Assembly: GCA_002269645.1 (NCBI GenBank)
Contig: NIVC01002648.1
Span: 1 to 64,000 of the forward strand
Reading direction: 5' to 3'
From: Macrostomum lignano
Lineage: Eukaryota
DNA: 64,000 bases
Shown here: piece by piece, positions 26,961-38,694 of the stretch
How the letters are laid out: each line of letters starts with the position of its first letter
Numbering within the stretch: position 1 is the first letter of the stretch
Translations under genes and position numbers: made by a program
The notes under the pieces: generated by a model
Database searches by the model: none
Seen by the model: only the letters and a program-made list of their open reading frames with translations
What the model was told of the DNA's origin: nothing

Positions 26961-27088
26961 GCGAAGGCGATTCCGAAGCCGAGCTGCTGCGCACTCCACC
27001 CTTGGAACGGAGCTACAAGTGCAAAGTGCTGCATCATTTCCCCGAGCACACGCCCGGCAATCAGTTTGATAAGGATTCCATTGCCATG
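26961..27088 (+). CDS. DENND5: DENND5 exon 2
   Basis: PLERSYKCKVLHHFPEHTPGNQFDKDSIAM; accaacag acceptor, ATG/GTCAGT donor; phases 1-0 consistent. Confidence 0.9.
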
Positions 27089-27139
27089 GTCAGTATGGGC
27101 TGCTTGCTGTGCTCACTTCTGGGGAGTCTGGCTAATTCT

Positions 27140-27886
27140 CTGACAGACTGAGGGATGGGAACTGACCGACTGGGGGATGGGAACTGACAGACTGTGGGAT
27201 GGGAACTGACAGACTGTGGGATGGGAACTGATAGACTGTGGGATGGGAACTGACAGACTGTGAGATGGGAACTGACAGACTGTGAGATTGGGACTGACAG
27301 ACTGTGAGATTGGAACTGACAGACTGTGAGATTGGAACTGACAGACTGTGAGATTAGAACTGACAGACTGTGAGATGGGAACTGACAGACTGTGAGATGG
27401 GAACTGACAGACTGTGAGATGGGAACTGACAGACTGTGAGATTGGAACTGACAGACTGTGGGATTGGAACTGACAGACTGTGGGATTGGAACTGATAGAC
27501 TGTGAGATTAGAACTGACAGACTGTGAGATGGGAACTGACAGACTGTGAGATGGGAACTGACAGACTGTGAGATGGGAACTGACAGACTGTGATATGGGA
27601 ACAGACAGACTGTGACATTGGGACAGACAGACTGTGACATTGGGACTGACAGACTGTGAGATTGGAACTGACAGACTGTGAGATTGGAACTGACAGACTG
27701 TGAGATTGGAACTGACAAACTGTGGGATGGGAACTGACAGGCTGTGAGATGGGAACTGACAGACTGTAAGATCGGAACTGACAGACTGTGAGATGGGAAC
27801 TGACAGGCTGTGAGATGGGAACTGACACTGTGAGATGGGAACTGACAGGCTGTGAGATGGGAACTGACACTGTGAGATGGGAACTG
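27140..27886. repeat. 22-bp minisatellite GGGAACTGACAGACTGTGAGAT in DENND5 intron 2
   Basis: About 34 units, ending about 14 nt before the acceptor. Confidence 0.95.
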
Positions 27887-27901
27887 GCATCCAACCCGCA
27901 G

Positions 27902-28538
27902 ATGACGATGCCGCACGGCCTGACGCTGCGCACAGACCGCAGCACAGAGGCCGCCCATCCCGTGGCGCACCATTTCCTGATCACACGGGAGGACGGTACT
28001 CGAGTACACGGCGTGTGCATCATCTATTACGAGGAGGTGAGCGCCAGCCAGGTGACCAGCGCAATATCCACTCTGCAATCGATCTACTCTCAGGAGCGAG
28101 CCACCGGTTTTGTTGATTACGAATCTCGAGCCGCGATGGACACGGTGTCGCTGCACTCGTTGAACTGCTACAGCGAGACCTCCGACCGGCTGTTCGCCGC
28201 CAAAGCCGTCGGCCTGTTGACCAGAGCTCCTCTGTTGCACTCGCTCGAGCACTGGCTCTGGGATCTGCTATCGGCTGTCCGTTGGCCCAGGCCTCCGCCT
28301 CTGCCATTGGAGTCGTACGTGTACAACCTGCTGTTCGAGGTGCCTCTGCCGCCAGCCGGCCGTTCAGTTGCATTTCGCGGCGTCTATCGCGACCTGCTGG
28401 CGCACAGTCCCGGACAGCACGAGCTGCCGCCGTTCGAGTTCAGCCTGAGACACCTGGTTGATATGCTGCAGTTGGACAATCTGCTACAAGTGTACACCTG
28501 CGTACTGTTGGAGTACCGGGTTGTGCTGTTCTCCGAGG
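27902..28538 (+). CDS. DENND5: DENND5 exon 3 (uDENN/DENN)
   Basis: MTMPHGL...HFLITREDGTRVHGVCIIYYEEV...LESYVYNLLFEVPLPPAGRS...VYTCVLLEYRVVLFS; donor G/GTGAGT, phase 1. Confidence 0.92.
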
Positions 28539-28544
28539 GTGAGT

Positions 28545-29593
28545 TACGAAGGGTTGTCAGAAAAGTTCTGTGTATATTGTAATAACTTGAGAACGATAAA
28601 CAGTAGAAACATGAAAAGTTACAAATGTCTTCCTTAACATCTATTCACTCAAAGTATGAGCCCTCAGCTTTAATGCACTTCTCCCAACGCCGCACCAGCC
28701 CATCAATGCCTGCAGTCATGCCATTGTTCGTCACGGCGGCAATGCCAGCCTTGTAGGCCCGATTCACGTCTTCCTTTCGACTCCTTGATGCGAGGGAAGA
28801 GGAAAAAGTCGCATGGACTTAAGTCCGGGGAATAAGGCGGATGCGGAAGAATTTCCCACCCCCACGACTCGATCGTAGCCAGCATGCTTTGCTTTCGGTG
28901 CGGGGCTGCGTTGTCGTGAAGCAGAATCTGGCCAGCCGCGTGAAGTGCAGGTCTTTTGTCCCGAATGGCACGCCGAACTTTCACCAGAACCGACAGGTAG
29001 AAATCACCATTGACCGTCTGCCCCACTGGCACAGGCTGATCGAACAACAGACCCTCCCGGTCGAAGAAAGTCACGTGCATGACCTTCAGCTGGCCGATGC
29101 TCCGGGTGGCCTTTTGAGGTCGCGGAGAACCTGGCCTGCACCATGTGGCACTCTGCCGCTTCAACTCCGCCTCCCAAGAATGCGCCCAGGTTTCGTCGCA
29201 GGCAACGATCCTTTGCAAGAACGCCATGCCCTCCCGCCGACACCGCTGCAGGTTGGATGCGCACATGGCGACCCGCCGAGCCCGCTGATCGTCAGTGAGC
29301 AGATGCGGCACCCACTTGGCACAGACCTTGCGCATCCCAAGGTCCTCGGTCAGGATCTTGTGGACTGAGTCGTGGGACACCCATATGGCATCAGCCAGCT
29401 GCCTGGTGGTCAGTCTCCGGTCCTGCAACACGGCTGCCTCCATCTGACTCACCAGGCTGTCAGGCCGAGCACTCGTTGGTCGTCCACTGCGTGGCTTGTC
29501 GTCGAGGTCTTCTTGGCTAAAACCCCAAATCTTCAGCTATTCATAGAGCTGAGCTATTCTCTAATACACAGAACTTTTCTGACAACCCTCATA
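28545..29593 (-). mobile_element. Mariner (DD34D) transposon lacking the N-terminal part of the transposase, in DENND5 intron 3
   Basis: 25-nt identical TIR core GGGTTGTCAGAAAAGTTCTGTGTAT with TA ends. ORF 28703-29452 has WVPHLL, DETW, HDNAAPH and YSPDLSPCD, with 34 residues between the 2nd and 3rd Asp. Confidence 0.95.
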
Positions 29594-29934
29594 GTTTTGT
29601 GAGATGTGAATCATGTTTTTATCCCAATTTCCCTCTCCTACTTGCTGCCTCCCCGCTCCTCTCATCTATCTCTCATCTCTCTTGTCTCTTATCTCTCGTC
29701 TCTTCTCTTGATTCTTATCTTATCTCTTATTCTCATTTCTCTTATCTCATCTCTTATCTCCTTTCTCTCCCCTCTCTTATCTCCCCTCGTCTCTTCTTAT
29801 CTCTCCTCACCTTTCAGCTGCAGCCCATTTAGCTTACTTTATAAATTATCATTATAAATTACTTTATTATTACTGATTCTGAAATCCTTGTATTCATAAA
29901 TATCCCTATCTTGGTTTGGTTTGATAACTCGCAG

Positions 29935-30122
29935 ACTACCGCAATCTGATCCTGGTCGCCGAGTCCATCACTACCCTGCTATTTCCTTTCGTTTGGCCCC
30001 ACGTCTACGTGCCAATACTGCCGGCATCGTTGAAGCACTTCCTGGAGGCGCCCGTGCCCTTCATTATGGGACTCCGTCTGCGAGAGGACGAAGATCCTGA
30101 GGATGTTCACCTGCCTAGCGAG
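29935..30122 (+). CDS. DENND5: DENND5 exon 4 (DENN)
   Basis: DYRNLILVAESITTLLFPFVWPHVYVPILPASLKHFLEAPVPFIMGL...LPSE; phases 1-0. Confidence 0.93.
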
Positions 30123-30217
30123 GTGAGCGTCTAGTCTAAAATTCACTCTACACGAAGGGGGTAGCCTGCTTACTAAAAATACTGTGAGATTTTCACTCCC
30201 TGTCCCGCCCTCCCCAG

Positions 30218-31018
30218 GCAAACGTGTGCTTCGTCTACATCGACCAGCGCCGAGTGAAAGCTCCCGACGATCTGCCGAAGTTGCCAAACGAACGCGAACT
30301 GAAACAGGAGATCACTAACATCCTGAGACTGAACCCGGTGGACTGCGATGATCATCTAGCCTCTGATTGGCGGAACCAACTGCAGCAGCAACAGCAGCAG
30401 CAGCAGCAGCAGATGTCCAGGCTGTCTCTGGGCCCTTCAGGCGACACCGATCATCATCCAGCTGGTCCGTCCGGCGCCGAAGCCGCTGCCGCAGTCGGTG
30501 TTGCACCCGCGGCGGCGCCAGGCGGTATCGTCAAGTCGCAGAGTTTTGACGCGGACAGCGGCATGAGCTCCACTAGAAGCTCCTATCGGCACAGCGTACA
30601 GTCTGAAGCCAATCTGCAAGCCTCTGCGTCGGCATCCGCTGCCGCCGCCGCCGCCGCCGCCGCCGCTGACGGCTTCAATCGCAGCGACACCCTGGAGCAC
30701 GTGTACATGCTGGCTAGGACCGCTAATGTGTCGCTGGAGAATCTCACCGAACGGCTGGCGGCCGCGGCCGCTGCCAATGCCTCTTCCAATAACAACTCGA
30801 CTGGTGCCAAGACTGGCGCAGCTGACCCCGCGGCTGGCCGCCCCGGCGACTCGGCGACTCCGCCGCCATCTTCGACTGCAACGACGTCGTCGTCTCTGAT
30901 GATGAAAAAGTCGGCCTCCCCAGACGAGGAGATGTACGAGAAGCGCTACCATTCGATGCTGAAGTTTAACAATGCCATGCGAGAGATTTTCCTTAATCAC
31001 TTCGCCTTCCTGCTGCAG
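30218..31018 (+). CDS. DENND5: DENND5 exon 5
   Basis: ANVCFVYIDQ...LPKLPNERELKQEITNIL...FNNAMREIFLNHFAFLLQ; 801 nt, phase 0-0; includes polyQ and polyA tracts. Confidence 0.92.
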
Positions 31019-31084
31019 GTGAGTCGCAGTGTCTGCTGATAGTCGTAGTACAGGTCTATTTCATTTCGAATTTCTTTCCGTGTC

Positions 31085-31735
31085 TCTGGTTCAATCGCTC
31101 CAATCCAACCCTGAGAATCGCCCCAATCCAACCGTGAAAATCGCCCCAATCCAACCGTGAGAATCGCCCCAATCCAACCCTGAGAATCGCCCCAATCCAA
31201 CCCTGAGAATCGCCCCAATCCAACCGTGAGAATCGCCCCAATCCAACCGTGAGAATCGCCCCAATCCAACCGTGAGAATTGCTCCAATCCAACGGTGAGA
31301 ATCGCCCCAACCCAACCCTGAGAATCGCTCCAATCCAACCCTGAGAATCGCTCAATCCAACCCTGAGAATCGCCCCAATCCAACCCTAAGAATCGCCTCT
31401 ATCTAACCGTGAGAATCGCCCCAATCCAAGCCTGAGAATCGCCCCAATCCAAGCCTGAGAATCGCCCCAATCCAAGCCTGAGAATCGCCCCAATCCAAGC
31501 CTGAGAATCGCCCCAATCCAAGCCTGAGAATCGCCCCAATCCAAGCCTGAGAATCGCCCCAATCCAAGCCTGAGAATCGCCCCAATCCAAGCCTGAGAAT
31601 CGCCCCAATCCAAGCCTGAGAATCGCCCCAATCCAACCCTAAGAATCGCCTCTATCTAACCGTGAGAATCGCCCCAATCCAAGCCTGAGAATCGCCCCAA
31701 TCCAACCCTCAGAATCTCCCCAATCCAACCCTGAG
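31085..31735. repeat. 23-bp minisatellite TGAGAATCGCCCCAATCCAAGCC in DENND5 intron 5
   Basis: About 28 units. Confidence 0.95.
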
Positions 31736-32394
31736 GGCTGCTCCATGCTAGCCCTCCTATACAGTGCTTCAAGCAGAAAGAGGAAGAGTTCAATTAATTT
31801 TCCTCAGACAGTGGGATTTCAGATGTCCAGTGCGGTCTTAGAAAAATTTGGGCATGTGGTTTCAGGTCAATTCCATCTAGCTCAGGGAAGATCAGAGTTA
31901 AGCTGGTGGACACGGCTCTCTCTTAAATCATAACATTTTTCTAGCCATAATCTTCGCAATGCAGCCTCTCTAACTCTAAAGAAGTGTGCCCATCTGTCCT
32001 AAAATCAATGCTAAAGTACATAAGCAGCAGAATTTCTGCTTTCCATCCGCTTTTGTTTTCCTGCAAAGCTGGCGAGCTGGCAAAATTTCTGTTCACCAGG
32101 AAATTTGCGCAGTTCACGGGCTTTCCAAGTGTTTTATGCGACCCTCGATAGATTTTGTCTGTCTTGAAAACTGCTGATACCGTTCACGAAATGTGATCAT
32201 GTTTATGGCCTGCTTGAACTTTTAGATTTCTCTAGTCTTGTAAAGCCGGTCACCTGTTTTGCATTAGTCCGTTCGTCTGTAGCTGATTCTTTCTGGATTC
32301 CAGGATATTGATGAAGCACGGGGAATTTTAACAGAGTTGCTCTTAAGTGTTGAGTCTTAAGTCTTAAGTGTTGCTCTTGACTGTCAGTCTGTGC

Positions 32395-32451
<57 letters not shown>

Positions 32452-32550
32452 ATCCTAGTGTCTGTCTGCCTGCCTGCCTGCCTGTCTGTCTGTCTGTCTG
32501 TCTTAGTGTCGGTCTGTCAGCTCTGGCTGTCCTAGTGTCCGTCTGTCTGT
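32395..32550. repeat. (TCTG)n microsatellite
   Basis: Direct reading. Confidence 0.9.
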
Positions 32551-32663
32551 CTTTCTAAGAAACCGCCCAAACAAAGGACTCAGACAGTCTTAGTGTCTGA
32601 ATTGTGCTTATCTCTGAGCTTTTCCTCCAATCCGTCAGCACTCCTCATCCAACCGCCTTCAAG

Positions 32664-32997
32664 GACTACGACGAGTACGTAAAGGACGGCGAGCAGGACG
32701 TCAGCGACATGGTGTCCGGCCGGGACACGAACAAATTCGACAAGAGCGCCTTCGTCAACGACTTCCCCAACGCTTATCTCGCCTTCTTGTCGCCGTTTCT
32801 CGAGACGCAAATGTTTGCCACTCTGCTAGATTTGAAGATTTTGTCCAAGCTATCGAATCAGGAGGATTCGAACTTGCGACTATTTCACGATAGAATCGAG
32901 CAGCGCAAAATGCAGCAGCAGCGGCTTGAAGGCGGCCCTAACGCGGACCGGCTGGGTATGAAAATCTACCAGCCTGGGGCCTGCATACCCGAGTCTG
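32664..32997 (+). CDS. DENND5: DENND5 exon 6 (dDENN)
   Basis: DYDEYVKDGEQD...[32 protein letters not shown] (human [32 protein letters not shown]). Acceptor ccttcaag chosen because it restores human spacing; donor G/GTTAGT. Confidence 0.88.
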
Positions 32998-33681
32998 GTT
33001 AGTAGTAGTTTTGTGTCTACCGATATGTATAGAAAGTTATTATAGCGCAGATTGAACTTTTCCTTTTCATCTTTTTTATCCTAGTAGAGATTTGCAAAAT
33101 AAATTATGGATTCGGTGTCGCTTGCCTTTGAGTGATATATGGAGATTTATTGTTTGAAAAGGCAATGTTTGTGAGGTTTCGAGTCCTATGAGTCTAAGGA
33201 TGAGATTTTGGGTCAATTAATCTTTAGGTGAGATTTCAGACCTGTCTATCTATAGATGAGATTTTTTCATTTAAAGGAGAGATCTGTCTTTTTTATTTTG
33301 TAGAGAGATTTGTTGGGTTGTTAATCTTGGGGAGAGCAGTTTGCCACAATGTGTGGGGGATGTATGAAACCTTTTCTCCCCAAATTTCCTCAGTAGTGCA
33401 GAAAGAAATGGGAGACTTCAGACTTCCCTTTTTCAGACCCGAGCGTGTGTATAGGCGCAGTGTTGCTGTTGAGGTCATTCCAGGTCGGGGTCAGTCAGCA
33501 TCCATCATCAGGTTGCAAGCGCTGTCCCATTCTAAGCAACTTGCACGATAATACTCGTAATAATATTAATAAATATAATCTATCCTGCGGTCGCTTTGCG
33601 CCTGTTGTCAGGGGGTGAAAGAGCTTCGATAGAATGAATGATTGAATAGTAAAAAAATATAGGTTTCCTGTATGACTCGAA

Positions 33682-33706
33682 GTAAACGGCGGGAGTAACT
33701 ATGACT
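33682..33706 (+). other. 25-nt fragment of nuclear 28S rRNA (helix 69 region)
   Basis: GTAAACGGCGGGAGTAACTATGACT matches the near-universal LSU sequence just upstream of CTCTTAAGGTAGCC. Confidence 0.7.
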
Positions 33707-34750
33707 GTAGTAGATAATTAAACTGATTCGTCATATAAATATTCTCTTAGTTATTGTTAGAATACTATAGTTTTCAATGTTAGCTTAGCACAGTTCGATT
33801 TCCTAGCGTCTGTGGAATGTTTCATATTGGAAAACCCGCTTTTGCGCATCTGTTGCACCTACCTGAGGTTTTTTAGGTAAAGAGGAGGCTATGTAGCCTA
33901 TGCATATAGTCATTTTTTCAGCCTTCCACATTCGAATGAATTCGCAATTACTATATAGTAATAATATTGGATAAAAATAGAAACAGAACTTTCTCTTTCG
34001 CTTGGATAGATTAATATCTTGTTAGTTTTATAAATGGGTTCTGCCTCGCAGCAATTTACATATCCTTTGTTGACCATGCTCTGCTGTAGTGCATAGTCTA
34101 GTATTCCTAAATATTTCCTATCCCCAGTTTCTGCATTCCATCAGGTGACAAGCTATCCAATATATGCTAGTCCGTCTGACTACCGGGCTGATTCACCCTT
34201 AATTTTTTCAAAGGATTGCGAGAGGGTAGTAGTATAATTTGCGCATTGTTTAAAATTATGTGAAAAGAGGCTATTCTAAATTCAATATTGGTCTTTTTTC
34301 AAACAGGACGCTATTACTTCGGCATTTTATTTTTTATATGCCCTAGTAGTATTCTGTTATTTCACAAAGGTTTTTCTGGTTAAAAAAAGTGCTAAGAGGC
34401 ATTTTTATAATGCCGATATGTATCGAAAACTACTTTATAAAGGGCTAAATTATATGGACAAATTATTTTTTCAAGTTGAAATTACGTTGAAATATTTGAT
34501 GGCATATAGATTCATGACTATATAGGAATCGTTTTCTAACTTTTATAAAACCAATGGCCAAACTTGTGTTTTATACTTTTCCTCATTTCTGAACTAAGCA
34601 AGTTGTTATTCAAAATTCTATCTAAGAGTTGAGTTGATGCGATGGTATTTGGTATGGATCGATTATTGTGTATACAGAACTGATGAAATATAGACCATTA
34701 TAGAGAGGGAGGCAACGGGTGCTCAGATAAGACGGGGGATCGAAAGGGTC

Positions 34751-34783
34751 TATAAAAGCGAGTTTGTCTGAATGCATTTCATT
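34751..34783 (+). promoter_or_regulatory. Candidate TATA box plus initiator inside DENND5 intron 6
   Basis: TATAAAAG at 34751 and TCATT with its A at 34781, 30 nt downstream. Confidence 0.35.
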
Positions 34784-35141
34784 GCCGCTCCTATTTTATT
34801 TGGGACTTATCATCATATGAGCGTCTCCCCTAGGCCTTAGCTCAACTCGAGCAAATAGGGAAGCCAGGAATTTGCAAGGAAGAGGGAAGAGAACAACAGT
34901 GCAGCGAGCACACAGCGACCCGACTTTTGGACTTCAGGGATTTTCCCGGCTTATCTTTAGCTGAAAACTCGAACAGCAAAACGATACGAGAAATAAAGCA
35001 TATAAGAGCTAGCACTAGTACTATTAATATTGATGTTTTTATTGTCACAATAATTGCTGCTGCAGGATCTTCATTTATAGTATTCTCGGTCAGCATTATA
35101 AAGTAATACAACTTCTTTAAAAAATAGACCGTAAAAAAATT

Positions 35142-35223
35142 CGTCGCGAGCAGGATTCGAACCTGCGCGGGGAAACCCCATTGGATTTCGAGTCCAACGC
35201 CTTAACCACTCGGCCATCGCGAC
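35142..35223 (-). tRNA. tRNA-Ser(CGA)
   Basis: rc GTCGCGATGGCCGAGTGGTTAAGGCGTTGGACTCGAAATCCAATGGGGTTTCCCCGCGCAGGTTCGAATCCTGCTCGCGACG: 7-bp acceptor stem, anticodon arm TTGGA-CTCGAAA-TCCAA, long variable arm, A and B boxes, T7 terminator just downstream. Confidence 0.97.
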
Positions 35224-35346
35224 TTACTCGGTAGTTGAATGGAAGCGTCTATTTAATGGTGTTAATCATTTCACCTACTATAAGTAGAAAAGTAAACATA
35301 ATATAGCTTATTTTCAAGGTTATTTTAAATGCAAATTCTAATGCAG

Positions 35347-35606
35347 AGAGTCTATTAATCGAGAAGCGACGGCACCCGGATACGCAATGTCCGGCGCCGC
35401 ACCTATTGGAAGGTTTTCCATCCGGCTGGCAGCAGGCTGACCGCGTGCCCGGTCAGTTGGGAAAACTAAATGAAGATTTTCTGCGCCATCGGCCATTGTG
35501 CTCGCATCATTCGGTTCTGCAGACCAAAGATTGGAAGCGGGTGAAGCGGGTTAGTCAGCGAGTTCGAGCTGTTCAACATCTCAAGATCCTGTCCGAGCGA
35601 CGCGAG
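35347..35606 (+). CDS. DENND5: DENND5 exon 7
   Basis: ESLLIEKRR...PHLL...WKRVKRVSQRVRAVQHLKILSERRE, matching the human HPHLL...HTEHLRLDNDQRE segment; phases 1-0; donor GAG/GTATGT. Confidence 0.85.
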
Positions 35607-35807
35607 GTATGTAAACTTGACACTGATTTTACATTACAGTACTGTATTTAGTAATTTCATGTAGTTACCACGACTATGCACTCGGAAGGGCATGCTCACA
35701 CATGTTCACGCACAGTGTTCACTAGCCAGCGCGTGTCACTGTTTGCATTTATTATTTATTCACATGATGCTTCTTAGCGTTCACTTGTTCACTAACATAT
35801 TGCTATC

Positions 35808-36330
35808 CGTTCACCAACATCACAGCTATAATCTCACTGTTCACCAACATCACAGCTATAATCTCACTGTTCACCAACATCACAGCTAAAATCTCACTGT
35901 TCACCAACATCACAGCTATAATCTCACTATTCACCAACATCACAGCTATAATCTCACCGTTCACCAACATCACAGCTATAATATCACTGTTCACCAACAT
36001 CACAGTTATAATCTCACTGTTCACCAATATCACAGCTATAATCTCACTGTTCACCAACATCACAGCTATAATCTCACTGTTCACCAACATCACAGCTATA
36101 ATCTCACTGTTCACCAACATCACAGCTATAATCTCACTGTTCACCAACATCACAGCTATAATATCACTGTTCACCAACATCACAGCTATAATATCACTGT
36201 TCACCAACATCACAGCTATAATATCACTGTTCACCAACATCACAGCTATAATCTCACTGTTCACCAACATCACAGCTATAATATCACTGTTCACCAACAT
36301 CACAGCTATAATCTCACTGTTCACCAACAT
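35808..36330. repeat. 30-bp minisatellite GTTCACCAACATCACAGCTATAATCTCACT
   Basis: About 17 units. Confidence 0.95.
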
Positions 36331-36571
36331 CGTAGGTATTCACGGTGTGGTATTATCTGTTCCAGTTGAAGTTGCAACACAGTTCAAGTTGCCAGTTTCG
36401 TTTTGTTTGTATTGGTTGCCTTTACTTTAACAACATAATTGTTTAGGTTTGACTTAACTTTTGCTTTAAAGATTACCTTTCGTTTTGCTACCTAAAAATT
36501 ACAAGCCCGAACCATTTAATCAGTTTTGATTAACTTTGTTTACCTGTTTTCTAATTCAAATTCCTGTGCAG

Positions 36572-36607
36572 AAGGAATTGGCGGAAAAACACGCCAAGAT
36601 GTGGATT
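36572..36607 (+). CDS. DENND5: Candidate 36-nt DENND5 cassette microexon (KELAEKHAKMWI)
   Basis: Branch-like CTAAT at 36551, acceptor tcctgtgcag, donor GTAAGT; phase 0-0 fits exons 7 and 8. Confidence 0.6.
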
Positions 36608-36794
36608 GTAAGTCCCCGCGCTCTCCTTAATTATTTTGGCTTTTCTTCGTTGTATCTGTTTTATTTCTTTATTCACGACTTTTTCTGCTGCCGCTGGAGT
36701 GAGTACGTGTGTCCGCTTCCCGCCCTCCGTGTCACCTATGAGCCTTTAATCAGGTGTCAGGATGAATTGTTTTTACTCTAGAGCTCACTCAGTT

Positions 36795-37955
36795 TTCTCT
36801 TATCTCTCCTGTTTCTCCTGATATTTAGTCTCTTCTTCCCTCTCCTTTTCTTGACTTCCCTCGTTTCCCTCTTCTCCCCTTCCACCTCTTTTCTCCTCTT
36901 CCCCTCTTTTCTCCTCTTCCCCTCTTTTCTCCTCTTACCCTCTCTTCTCCTCTTCCCCTCTCTTCTCCTCTTACCCTCTTTTTCTCCTCTTCCCCTCTTT
37001 TCTCCTCTTCCCCTCTTTTCTCCTCTTCCCCTCTCTTCTCCTCTTCCCCTCTTTTCTCCTCTTACCCTCTTTTTCTCCTCTTCCCCTCTCTTCTCCTCTT
37101 CCCCTCTTTTCTCCTCTTCCCCTTTCTTCTCCTCTTCCCCTCTCTTCTCCTCTTCCCCTCTCTTCTCCTCTTCCCCTCTCTTCTCCTCTTCCCCTCTCTT
37201 CTCCTCTTCCCCTCTCTTCTCCTCTTCCCCTCTCTTCTCCTCTTCCCCTCTCTTCTCCTCTTCCCCTCTCTTCTCCCCTTCCCCTCTTTTCTCCTCTTCC
37301 CCCCTCTTCTCCTCTTCCCCTCTTTTCTCCTCTTCCCCTCTCTTCTCCTCTTCCCCTCTCTTCTCCCCTTCCCCTCTCTTCTCCTCTTCCCCTCTCTTCT
37401 CCTCTTCCCCTCTCTTCTCCTCTTCCCCTCTTTTTCTCCTCTTCCCCTCTTTTTCTCCTCTTCCCCTCTCTTCTCCTCTTCCCCTCTCTTCTCCTCTTCC
37501 CCTCTCTTCTCCTCTTCCCCTCTCTTCTCCTCTTCCCCTCTCTTCTCCCCTCTCTTCTCCTTCCCCTCTCTTCTCCTCTTCCCCTCTTTTTCTCCTCTTC
37601 CCCTCTCTTCTCCTCTTCCCCTCTTTTTCTCCTCTTCCCCTCTCTTCTCCCCTTCCCCTCTTTTCTCCTCTTCCCCTCTCTTCTCCTCTTCCCCTCTCTT
37701 CTCCTCTTCCCCTCTCCTCCTCTTCACCTCTCTTCTCCTCTTCCCCTCTCTTCTCCTCTTCCCCTCTCTTCTCCCCTTCCCCTCTTTTCTCCTCTTTCCC
37801 TCTCTTTCCCCTTCCCCCTCTTCTCCCCTCTCATTCTCTTCTCCGCCCCTCTTCTCACTTCCCCCTATTCTCCCTTCCCCTCGATCTTCTCCCATTTCCC
37901 TCTCTTTCCCCCACTCTTCTCCGTCTCCTCTCATCTCCCCCTCTCCTCTCACCCC
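36795..37955. repeat. About 1.15-kb polypyrimidine tract (unit about CTCTTCCCCTCTCTTCTC)
   Basis: Almost purely C/T on the + strand. Confidence 0.95.
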
Positions 37956-38214
37956 CTGTCCACTTTAAACGCATAATGCGTGTAACTGTTTGCCTATGCT
38001 ATGGTATTTGCTTGGGTGAAGTTCAACGTGTAAATAGAGTTTTTAGTTATCTGTTTGCTATATTTTTGCTAAGCTTATCCCCAATGAAAAATTAATATTT
38101 GCTAAACTTATTTGTTTAATTTATAGCATGTTTAACGAAGCCGAACTGTACTTCGAATTTAGCAGTGCATTTGATGGAGAATATTGCTCAAATACTCGAA
38201 TCATCCTACTACTT

Positions 38215-38250
<36 letters not shown>

Positions 38251-38534
38251 ATAATAATAATAATAATAATTAAAAATAATAGTAATAGTATAATAGTAAT
38301 AGCAAGCGAGTAATGATAAACTACTCAAGAACTACTAAAAAGCTAGTAGTAGTATCTTAAACTGTTTGCTTAATAAAATTAAAAGCTATGATTTCTTATT
38401 TTTTTAATTTACATTTTTTGTTATACACAGCCTGTTGTTGCTAGCCCGTACTTTATTTTTGCCGACTACTTGCGTAGGTATTATTAATCTATACATCCTA
38501 CACTCTCCTTTGCCTTTGTTTCGCCAACCTCCAG

Positions 38535-38660
38535 AAATACATGCAAGAAAATCGAGTGAAATCGTTGCGCCAGCCAAACTTGTCCGACATGGCGCCCTCG
38601 GTGATGGCGCAGACCAACTGGAAATTTGTGGAGGCCCTGCTCAAAGAGTGCAAGAGCAAG
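38535..38660 (+). CDS. DENND5: DENND5 exon 8
   Basis: [42 protein letters not shown] (human [31 protein letters not shown]). Confidence 0.93.
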
Positions 38661-38694
38661 GTTAGCCGCTCCCCATTTCTAACAATCACTTCCT

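Noticed and set aside
36851-38095. 414-aa and 296-aa low-complexity ORFs
   Set aside because: Translations of the polypyrimidine tract.
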